Source: Aplysia californica
Taxonomy: Eukaryota
Length of the DNA: 64,000 bases
Direction of reading: 5' to 3'
Assembly (NCBI RefSeq): GCF_000002075.1
Contig: NW_004797358.1
Coordinates: 612,539-676,538 of the forward strand
Below, piece by piece: positions 36,185 through 48,100 of this stretch. A program made the position numbers and the translations under genes. The notes beneath the pieces are model-generated. The model was not told the DNA's origin. It worked only from the letters and a program-made list of their open reading frames with translations, and did not search any database. How positions within the stretch are numbered: position 1 is the stretch's first letter; every line of letters begins with the position of its first letter.

Positions 36185-39100
36185 CCTAGCCGTGGTCATT
36201 GTAATCATTATTATCATTACAAAGGTCACTGCTTGCTGTGGGCCGAAGCCTGAGTGGCCGGTGTGCCAGGGTCGAAGCTTGAGCGGCCGGTGTGCCAGCC
36301 CACAAGCAAGGTGTGTAGGTCTTGGGCTGCATGTGCTGCCTGTTTTATGATCGCCTAGATGTATGTGTATGTGTACGTGGTGAAACACCAAACCAATGTG
36401 CCAGGATCTAGACAATAAAGATGTATCTTATCTACTTCAATGAAGTATGTTTTGTTTTTTCTCTTTTTCATAGCTTGGAAAACCTCAGGTGAGTATTGGG
36501 CCCTGATGTTGCAAACTTGTTTGTTTTTATCTGTTGTGTGTCTGTGCTATAATTGAAAGACAAAATAAAATCAGGATATCTTCATGTGACGACATTTTGT
36601 TTATTCTGTGAACAGCATTACTCAAGATGTTCAAAATCTTTTGAGATGCAAAAAGGCTAATAATCTTCTTCTTTTGTTAATTTTAAATTACAATTAATGA
36701 CAAAAAAAGGAAAATGACAAAGGGTGTGAGTCTGACGCCATAGTTTCTTGTTGCTGGTAGATAACATGACATGACTGGTGTTTTCAACCTTTGTTTCACA
36801 GTGTTCCTGAGGTTTGAGATAGACAAAGACTTTGATGCCAGTGACAGCTGGGCTGTGGAGGTGGCTGTGAGAGCCAACGTTTCGGAGCTTCTTGAATCTT
36901 TGAACTCGGAGTACCACGTTGCGGTCGTCCATGTGCTGTAAGTCTGGGAAAAAAGATTAATCCAGATGACTGTGCCTTACTTTTGTGTGTTCAATGTAAA
37001 TCTGGTAAAGAGAAGCCTGATTGTCAGAGGGTTCTGTGAAAAAACAGGGAGCAAGAAAAATGCACGGAGGAGGTTGGAGCTGGAGATGAGAGACTGGTTG
37101 AGAAAAGAGAGGATACTGGGAGACTCATAAGATACATGGCACATCCACTGAGATTCTATAGCGGACTTTGATTTGTTGTGTAACTTTGCTGTTGTTGTTA
37201 TCGATCCAGGTTGTGTAACTTTGCTAAATAAACTGGTTTGTTCCTTTCCTGTAACAATGATTTCCTGTATAGTTAGTTTTTTTTCTTGATAATTCTTGGG
37301 CAGAAGAAGAAATTGGGCAAGGTAATATCAAGGTGATGGGTGAAGGTGTGCAGGTGTGCTGGGTTTATATGTTGCTGTTTGACGTTTGTGAAAATGAATA
37401 AGAGTAGATAAAAAAGGCTGCTTGTGTTTTGTTCGTGTTTTCCAAATATTGATTTTGAAACTTGTGAGTTTGACTTACACTATGTTTGTGATTGGCCTCC
37501 TACAGACCAGGGAGCACTGTAGTCATCATTCGGGTGGATACAGACGCTGACTGGGTGCAGTATCTGCTAGAGGGATACATCTACAGGTTGTTTCTGGAGC
37601 AGCCAGGTTCTATCTCAGTGGATGACACAGCATACTCGGTTGTGTCTTTGAAGATGTATGAAGATGAAAACGATGCCGTGATGGACCAGGGAGCATTGAG
37701 TAAGTTTGTGGACATAGTTTTCTGATGAGACTGAAATGAAATGGGCTTGTTAAGAACATAGCTATGGTATAAATCAAAACTACATTGAAGCCAAAAATTA
37801 TAAAAATGGACTAAAACAAGACTTTTGGGTAGACTGAAATTGAGATTCTGTCCTACTGTGTTTCTTCAACCCACAGAGCAAGTGGTTTTGACAGGCAAGG
37901 CATGTTTCCGTGCTAGACGGGCAGTTGTATTGTCCATTAGACAACCATGACAGTTTTGACACGTTAAAGACAAAGAGAAGTCATCCTTGGGATTTAGAAA
38001 TTACAATGATGAATTTGTGATTTGTCTGGGATTTCCAGGCTCATCCTTGAAGATAACTGTGTGAGTAGCAAATGAAAAAGTTGACAATGCATATAGTGCA
38101 GAGTAATTGTCAACTACCTTTCCATTCCAGAACTACACAGTATTTGCTACATGGGTTTTGAATGTCCAGAAGGTTCCAGGTGTGTGGCAACTAACTCTCT
38201 TCCCATATGTGAAGGTAAGAGAAAAGGGTAAACTTGATCACTCATTTCATCTTTAATTCATTAATGCATTTATACATGGATTCATCTCAGCATATTTCTA
38301 CAAAGTGTAGCTGTCTGAAAAGTGCCTTCAGTATGTCTGTGTCCATTTTATGCTTCCCTACTTGAATTATGCCTTTCTTCCTTCTTTTATTAATTTTTAC
38401 ATGTACTTCTCATATTCTCCATTTCACTTTATCTTTTTATCATAATACCTGGGATATTTGATAAAGAAATAATTGAACAGAAATTGTTTTCATGTCCCTT
38501 AATCTTTTAGATGAAAGAAGTCAATTTGTACCCTATTATTTACAAAACAATGGCTTTTCCAACCCCCCATCCCCCAATCTCCTTTATTGTTAAAAGTAAA
38601 GTGACGATGTTAAAAGAGGGTCCCCAAAAAAACATGAAAATGTGTGTAGATGTGCAATAATTGTTGATGAAAGCCATGACTTTGCTGAATGCCTGTTTCC
38701 TCAGTCCCATGTGACTATGGAGAGTTCCGTGAGAGGGACGCAGGCTGTGAGATGTGTCCTAACGGAACCACGACACTGGTACCAGAAGCAATATCTCAAC
38801 ACATGTGTGTCAGTGAGTAATTTTCCGTGTAGGCCCTACTCTTGTGGTTTGTTTGTTGAAGTGGAAAGTTCTGCTAGATTCAGACTCAGCTTCTAAATAC
38901 ATATACCTCTACTTATGCTTCTAAGTGCTCTTGTCTAACAGTTCTGTTTTTGCCTTGCAACAAAGGAAAATAGTGCAAATGTGTCACGATGTGATGGAAT
39001 CAATCGCTCTTAAATTTTTAGTCATATGGAGTTATTGGTATCATCTTAGAACTTGTTCATTTGTCTTCTTTTTTGTTGGAAAAGTTTTTCCTATTTGTCT

Positions 39101-42100
39101 TTAATAGAAGACGAGATACTTTGGATTAAGTGAGGTGGGGATAATCTGGGTTCTGAGGTAATATTAAGGAGAAAATGACCGCCAAAGTTTGGTGACTTCC
39201 TTAGTTTTAGAGTCTTTGGAATTGAAAAGTTACATTTTTGTGCCTCTAATTCTTTCCGGGCGTAGTTTTCTGGGGGGTCTAGACGTAAATAACTTATAGC
39301 TCGATTGGCTACACAGGTGATGTACAAAATAACTTTATATGAGTAAAAACCATCACTCAAAACGTAACGTATGATATATCAAATTGAAGGAAATTGAATG
39401 AGGAATACATTCCAACCTGAAACAAGGGTTAATTTTGAACATAAGTTTGCATTACAAGTGTTACAAATAGCGATGGTGATGAGAAAAATAAATTTTGACT
39501 GAAACAATTATGTTCACCTAGCATGTGAAAGCAAATCAGCATAGCTATCATATCATATACAGGCCAAGAGCATAATCCATACATTTCTGTATGCACAGCT
39601 TTTTATTTGAAAGCAATATTCCAATTTTTGTTTAAGTTATGATATTTATACTGAGTCTGATTACATCGTTTTGTTGATGCAAGACCGCAAGAACTAATTC
39701 ACTCGTTTTTCCCCCAACCCACACTTTGACAAAGTGAAACTAGATGTTTTCGTTTCCAAAATCCTTTCCAAGTTTTCAATAACAATAAAAAGTAATTATG
39801 AATGATGGATCATGTTAAAACGAAACAATACTGAGGCACCTATCACAGCCGATATATCGGCGATATGTCCGCAAGGGATGTGAACTCGCTCCGATATATC
39901 GGCGATACGTCCGGAAAGAGTTAATCACTGTCTTTCGGTTAAACCCACACTGAAATGTGTTTTGAAATACACATGAAAGGTGTTAAGCCAAAACTAACAA
40001 AAATTCAAATGAATTGCCAAACAGGCGGAACAATGCCGGTATTTTCGATTTCATTATTTTGAGGAGGGCTTAATTGCAACACAATGCATCACAAATGTTA
40101 AATTGCTCCTGACTTAGAAAACCAGAAAGACATGTTATTTTTTGCTGTGCAGGACTGGATGGAATCATACGTGCTGTTAGGAAGAAGAGGCATAGATAAG
40201 TTCTGATTGTTTTCATGTCTTGTGTCTTCAGGCAACTGTTCATCAGGCCAGGTGTTGAGTCTGGAAACTTTAGAGTGTCAAGACTGCCCAGATGGTTTCT
40301 ACCCAGACTCTGATCCTCCTGTGTGCTTTGTCAACTCCAGTAAGTTCCAAGGCAGTGAATGTTTCCTGAGACTGAGAAATAGACAAAGTAGCCATGACAG
40401 TTGTGTAGAACCTGTGTTCCTGTCTTTGGGATTGCATAGATAGCATTCCTCCCCATAGTGCTAGTGCATAGCTGGCTTTATTTCTTCCTCTTACTTCAAT
40501 AGTACAATACAATTACTGATCAGCATTGAACCTTGTGCCTGATGAAGGAGAGTGGTTTTATTTGATTCTAAAATCTGCTTTTGACAATTAATTAGGTTGT
40601 ATGTGGGGATGATGATGATGAAAATTTTGGATGAACTACTTGATGGCTGAATGGTTTCCTTGCTCTGACAGCGCTACCTGTTGAGAATCGCAGGATGGAC
40701 ATCCACATGACAGTAACAGTTGTGACCAACAGATGTGATGCAGAAAACACAGACTTCAGCAAAGCCAATGTCACTCGTGGGCTCAAAGACATGGCCAGAG
40801 GACTGATCTCTGCAAGATTTTATACAGCACAGGATTTGTCAAGAACTGTGTACCTGTGAGTTTCCAGATTTATTTAATTAAGAGAAGTAATTTTTCTGGT
40901 CTTGTTCTGTTTTTGGCAAGTTGGTGTAGTGTGTTTGAAGTAGGTGTGCGCGACATCTTACATTTTCTTGTATTGTTTCTGATTGCACACAAAAGCTGGT
41001 ATGATTACAGAATTAATGCATTTTCTTACTAGCCCTAATTTCTTGGAATGAGATGAAGTTTCCAAATCTGACAGCTTTTTGTGATAGAAGTCCAGTATAT
41101 GATTAACACTTTTCAATATTTGCTACAGTTAGGAACGTTTTTATTCCTTACATTTGAATTTTGAATCAGTAAGAGGACAAGGTGCAAAGAAGACTTGTTT
41201 ATTGGAAGTAGAAGAGTAGCATTTTAAAATGTGTCTTTGCAAGTGGGTTTTTTTGTGTCCGTCCCTACTAAGTAAGTCATTTGTACAATGTGATTCCCCA
41301 CAGTGGTCTGTGTGAGCCAGAGTGTGTGAACATTCTCTCTGGCCCTCTGAATGAGAAGGAAGTGTGTGTCCCAGACTGTGGAGGGACTACCCCCTGTGAC
41401 CGTTTCCTGAGCAAAGTCAGTGTACAAGTCTACAATGCCTGGTGAGAAGTGAACCTTGTGCCGGTTTTAGTGTCAATTGACAGTTTCTTGTTTTCTATGA
41501 GATGACTGCTGTAAACCAAAACTTTTCTGTTTATATGTGGTAGTATATGTTATTTTTTAAATTGGTTTTCCTCTTTCTGTGATGTGATTTTGTTTTGAAA
41601 GTATATTTTCCTATTACTATTAGGTGATTGTGCTGACTACCAATAATTCTGTCCTTGTTGTTAGGAAGTGGTATTGCAACAGGACAAACATTTTTGTGAA
41701 TTAGTATGCAGAGAGTTAATAGTGTGGGTTTTTTCTGGCAGGGAGCTGGCACAGTTGCTGACAGCATCAAGACATAACCGTAGCAGTGTTGATGTCCTTC
41801 TGGAACACTTTTATGACCTGACCCCACTCTACAAAATTGCCTACTCTGGTCCAGAATATGTAAGTAAAATAGCAGAGATGTGCATCTGCCATTTGTGTTC
41901 TCACATAGAAACTATAGGATATGACTAAGTTTTCTGTGAGCATTGGAAATGTTAAGGTCAGTGTGAAAGATTGTAGCTTTTTCATTGACAAAAGTATTAT
42001 GATTGTTAGGGGGAATGTTTCTTTAAAGACATGATTGGATGTTTGAAATATTGGGTGTAATGTGGCCTGTCAGATGGAGAATACATATGTTAGTTTCTTG

Positions 42101-45100
42101 TAGAGGAAAGATGGAAAAAGGATAATATTATATAAAGGGTCCTTTATTTACATTGTACTGTATGGATGTGTATTGTATAACATGGAAGGGTTGTTTACCT
42201 TTTAAAATCTTCATGGATGTAATGTTTCTGATTTTCTCCCCCTATACACAGGACGGATTTGACGTGCATTTTGAATTTCCCATCAAACCTGAGGTGAAAT
42301 TTGTTGGTAAGTTTTTGATGACTGTTGACATTGGACTAGCTGGCAGAAAAAGTAATGTTAAGTTTTGCTTCTAGAAGTTCATGAAGTATTTTGCCTATTG
42401 ACTTTTCTACTATAGTGGTCAGCAGTATGATGGGAATTATGAAATCAGTATGAGTTGCTAGAATTAAGTGTTCATTGCTTTGTCTTTACGGTTGAATTCC
42501 TTTAACTGTAGTCAGGAGTGTTGGTCATCTTGAATTGGTCCTGTAGAATATAATGATGGTGTTCAGAGTACAGGTTTGTGAATGTTCTTGCTGTGAGGAT
42601 TAACAGCACCCACTGTATGCAAACTTTCCTGGGGTATGCCCTTGGCTCATGAGGTGAAGTGGACACCAGGAAATTTGAAGTAAAAATGAAAATAGTTTTT
42701 GTGCAAAATGTTTTCCCTTAGCAAGTTATCCTGTAAACATAGCCAGTGTTACTGGATATACATTAGTGTGTGTCTTAATAGATGTTAAGAGTTTAGACTA
42801 AAAAAAGACAAAATATCTCAATGTTGAATTGTGGGTTCTCCTAAAAGAAAACAGTCTTGAATGTAGAGGTATAGAAGTGCCTAATGATGTATCCCTGATT
42901 TCTGGTGACAGACTACGAGGCGCGGCTGGTGTTCTTCAGCGTGGTCCTTGACAAACCTTTCAGTGATATCCGGTATCAGTGGAGTGACAGTGCCTTCAAA
43001 CTTGGAGAAAGAATGGGCGAGCTGGTAGGTGAAACTTTGGATTGATCAAATATAAGAATGTGCTAACCTGTGGTTTAGGAGAGAAAATGAGTTATCTGAG
43101 GATTGAGTGAAGTGCTAGGTGACACTTTCGTTTGGAAATAGAATGGGCAAAGTCTAAATTTTCATTTTGAGAAAGCATAATAGGGCAGTGGGATTGTAAA
43201 AAGCCTGGGCGGATTGGTGGGTGTGGAGGAAGGATGTCTCAAGGGACCCGAAGCTTCTTCGAGGTGATGTGATTTGAAGCCCAGATAATTAACACAACTG
43301 GTCTGTTAAATAATTGCATTGTTCTTTCTTACAGGCTGCAGAAGAATTTGGAGATTTGGGCTATCTTTATGGAAAACTAGATCAGATCAGGTAAGTTTTG
43401 GTTCCTTTAAGGAGAATATTTCAGGTATATACAACACATTTGATTTTGGTGAACAGACAACAGAATAGTAATGTCTTTGAATCATAAGTCAGGTTAACAA
43501 GCTGTGTTCTTTGCACTCAAAGGTTCAACGTCTTTGAATTGAGTACATACAGTACCCCATTTTAGTTTCCATGACGTGGAATTTGGCCAAGATTTTGCTC
43601 CTAGCATAAGTGATTAGCCATGGGCTGTTATGTGGAGACCAATGTACTTTCAAGTTTGCAATTTCTTATTTTTGTGAGTCACCTGTCATAGCATAAATAC
43701 TGTAATCAAAACTGCTGTTTTCTTTTTTGCATCTTTTTACTTTGTGACTATTTGCAGCGATCATTATGATGAAAACAGTGGGGAGACCTACATCATGGTG
43801 AATTCTACAGGCGTATTTAAGAATTCTGTGAACAAGACAGTGCTAGAAGCCATAGCGGTAAGAATGCTTAAGGCTCATATCTCCTGGGATGGCCAGTTTG
43901 GAGAGTTCCAGTTCAGAGGCGGACTTGGCCTTTTCCGGACAGCAGAGGATCGTTGGAATGGAGTGCAAGGTGAGTGTTGTGGCAGCTTACTACTTAAATC
44001 AACTTCTAATGTGAATACAGCCAGACTAATGTTGTAAACACAAATGGAACTCTTGTTTGTTTGAAAAGTAATGCTACCTGGAATGACAGTGAACTTGCTT
44101 ACCGAGAATAGAGATAACTTCCATGAGACTGATTTCTTTCTTCTCAAGAGTGCATTCTCTTTGCTGTAATTATAGAAATATTCTCGTGTGTAAGGTGGAA
44201 CTGTGGATTAGTTTATTGTTGTTGAAGTGTCATTGCTTGCTACAAAACTTTTGTTCTCAGCTGTCAGTTGGTGTGATGTCGTGGAGAGTGTGGGCGTGCC
44301 ACGCCATTGTGGGAAAGAGTTCACCTGTACAGAGAAGACCGTGTTCAGGAATTGTAGTGGAGGTTTGTGCTTTTCCCTTGTAGGTAGCCATGTTTTAAAT
44401 GGTGGTGAAAGACTGACAGCTATATAGGTGTCATTTAAAAAAGTGTCGCTCCAGATAAGCTGCACCGTGCTTTGTTTTCATTGGGGATCAAAGCCAGGAT
44501 ATCTGAGATGGACAGCACAATGAAAGCAGATTAAGCCAGTGTATATATATAGGAATGAAAAGGAGGTACTGCTGATTATATAACTGAAATGCTGATTTTT
44601 GATTATATGGATAGTTGGATCTAGGGGGTGAGTTAAAGAAAGGAGATTTAGTGAATAAGTGAGGCAAAACATTTCAGATATTAGCTTTGTGTGCTAATTT
44701 CTTCTTCAACTATTCTTGGTTTTTTTCACAAGAGGTAAAAAGAACTTTCTTGTACTATAATGAAAGTGTTTTGCTTTTCTCTCCCGTTTTTTGTTTTTTG
44801 TTTTGTTTTTTTGGTGGTTGTTTTGGGTTGTTTTTGTTTTGTTTTGTTTTTTATTGGGGAGGGGTGAGAAACAAAGAACATTGGCGTGAAGATTACATGA
44901 AAGTTTAATTCTAGTAATAAATTACCTTTTAGACTTTTGGTCCTTTTTGTCTATTGACCATGCAGTGGATTCTTGCATCGGCAGAAGTTGATAGCCCTGG
45001 GCAGTGAGGCAATGCCATGAAAAAAGCATATATTTTTTGTGGGTGTGGATGAGAGACGTACCGGGAAGGTGGCTTGGGAACCAAGAGGTGCAGCTGCTGC

Positions 45101-48100
45101 TCCAAAATTTTGAACCTGCTTCTTTATTGTACCATGATATTAAAATAAATTTATTAACTCCTCCACTAACTCGTTTGTATGGCATCATGAAAAGTTTTCA
45201 TTTCAGAAGTCACTTTTTTAATTGGATTTTTCCCTCAGATTTGTGCCCCATTGGACAAAACAATGACATTGGTGAGTGTGTCTCTTGTCCCATTGAACAA
45301 TACACTGATGATGGTCAGTGTGTACCTTGCCCTGAAGGCTACACCACCCTCACAGAGATGGCTCTCTCAGCTGATGAATGTATTGGTATGCTTATTATTT
45401 CTTATATTTATAGCTCCATTGGTACTGGGATAAAAAGAAAAATATATATAAATTCTACTTGATAACAATTTACAAATGTCTTAATAAAAATATATTTATG
45501 CAGCATTGACTTCATAGCTTTAGTCTTCTGCCTGTTGAACCATTGAGGTTCTGAAAGTTTTTGTTGGATTGAATGACAAAATATTCATTTTTAAGTCATC
45601 TGGGTTTCATGCTGATTACAGTTGAGGATTCTCAAACTTGGTGAGCTAGGTTTCCTTGTGTTGAACAATATTTCATTGTAACCTCATTTTGCTGTTACTT
45701 TCTTTACATGTTAGTTTTGGTTTTCTTTTGACATGTTATATAATAACTCATTGTGTGGTGTTCTGAGTATAGAATTGATTCTGGTTGCATGTGTGTGTGT
45801 TTGTGTACATTTGTGTGAGCAAAAACTCAACACGTGTTTTGGTGTGGGTTTGTGCAATGGGAGCATTTGTACCAAAAAATCTGCCAGATCTGATTTGATG
45901 TATGCTGTGTTTCCCTCAGTCAAGTGCAAGGCAGGGACAGGTTTCTCTTGGCTCAGTATGAGTTGTGAGAAGTGCGTGGCTCCCCAGTACAACAACGGCT
46001 CGGACAAAGTGTGTTATTTCTGCCCATATACTACCAACTTGTCATATGCATGTGACAACAGCGATCCTGGTAATTTTTATACTCCAAATTTCTCTCACTT
46101 TATCTATATTGTTTCCATTTTCTCAAAGTACCAAACAGCTGCATCATATATCATGGGGATTCTTTTCCTTTCCTAAATCCATCCTGTTTAGCTGGACATT
46201 GTTCTTTGTCCCTTTGTCTGTCTCTGCTTCTCAAATTTCAATATCACTTTCTTCCTAGCAGACTGTTGAGTTTTGAGAATTTTTAGCAAGATGATTTGTC
46301 AGACATCTGATAGACATCAGTATATTGATGGGGATGATCAAATGATGAAAAAAAAGAGGCAGCTGGCTAGGTTTTGTGTGGGATTTTTATGTATAGGTAA
46401 TGTAAATATTCAATCCCAAAGCACAACATATATGCAAATAAAACTTGGTCATGATACCATTAAAGAATATTTTTTTTTAAACCATATTTGTAACAGAAAA
46501 ACCTTGAAAGAAATTGTTGATTAGAACACTGACAGTGACAACGTTGTCAGTAAACATAGTTATACTAGCACTTGGTCAGGTTGTGTGGAAGATCCAATTG
46601 AAATTTGACATCAGATTTATCCACAGTATCACTTGCATAATTGTAAGATTACAGTTGAAATTTTCATAGTTTGCTACTCATTATTGAGGAGAAAAGTGGG
46701 AGAAAAGTGGTTATCTTAAACATTTGAACATATTGGACTTTGTCTTTGTAATATGTAAGGCATCATAGTGAAATCAGGCATTCGTCAAAATAATGTACTT
46801 GAAGAAATCTTCCTTTTTTCAGCCAGTTTGGAAATTTTTCTCAATTTTTTTTTGGCTTAACACCTTGTATGTCCTTTCAAAAATTCATTTATTTGTGGAT
46901 TTAGTGAAAAAATAATGATTAAAGGCCTGAAAAATGCAAATTTGCAGTTTCCTAGGACTCTTGAGCTTTGGAAGTTACCAAACTTAGGCGGCTTTTTCTC
47001 TAAAATTTTTCTTCTGAAATCAGGCGACCCCACCTCCTTCTATCACAGATATCTCAACTTCTATTCAAGAAAAATGGATATTTTTTAATCGAAAGCATGG
47101 CAAATGAACAAGCTTTAAGATGATACCGATAACTCCTTATTCCCCAAAATTGACAAGCGCCAGATTCCACAGCGCCGAGACACATATATATTTTTTAAGA
47201 CCTCAAGGTAGGAAATGGTAAGTGATTGTTTGTACAGGTGATTTTCTTGGACAAGTGAAGGTTAGAATAGGTTCTGCTGTATCTGGTAAAAATCTATTCC
47301 ACTCTATGTGAACACACTATAGAGAACTGTCATCATTCCATGGAAACGAATAACAGTTACAATTGTGGGAGAATAAAATGATAACCTTACCTTTCCCTTG
47401 CTGCGAGTAAACATTTATCACTCCAACCCATGTGTCACATCACACCATCCTATCAAATCCATGTACTAGCTATTAAAAAACAGGGATATGGTTTATATAT
47501 AGGGACAAATGAGAAAAGGTAATCAGCTGGGGTGGCATAGTTTGAACCTCACGGTGTTACATCATTACCTCTTTTGACTGGAGAAGTAGGGAGATGTGGA
47601 CAACACAACAACGATGAAGAGAAGGGGAGGGGGATGTCAAAAGTTATCTGCTAACATGTGCACACTTTCTTTACTTTGAGACATTATGATTACCCTTAGG
47701 GTGGCTTAATTGTTCTTCTTGGTTTTCCAGTGCGCAGTGACAACACATCATTCCTAGACATCTCAATAAGTGTGAACCTCACCCTGACATCTTGCGACAT
47801 GTTGAAAATGATGCCAGATGTGAGTCCAGAGGAAGTTATCAACGGGATGATGCAATACGTAACCAGGACACTCAACGGAGGTTCAAGGTAATATTGTTAT
47901 CTTTAATTTACATGCTATTCAACTCTACTATCTTTTGGAGCTTAGACAATTTGGTAACTATTGCATACAGCTTTTAAGAACATAATGAAGGTGACATAAT
48001 GTTGCATCAATTGTATAACACTGACTTACGAGAAGGATAAAAGTTGCCTCTGATGGATTGAAAAAAAAAATGTGAAGTAATTGTTTCCTCTTCATCCTCT

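Larger units (their letters stand above)
34675..36361. mobile_element. TIR element (~45-bp TIR, TA flanks) containing a THAP-domain relic
   Basis: C(G/A)TCTAGGC..TCATAAAA(A)CAGGC at both ends, inverted. Confidence 0.7.
34370..36429 (+). mobile_element. 3' remnant of a Rex1-like LINE carrying a nested TIR element
   Basis: Ends GACAATAAAGATGTATCTTATCT; TG-rich 3' UTR; short ATCTA duplication; absent from the repeat-1 intron near 16060. Confidence 0.55.
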
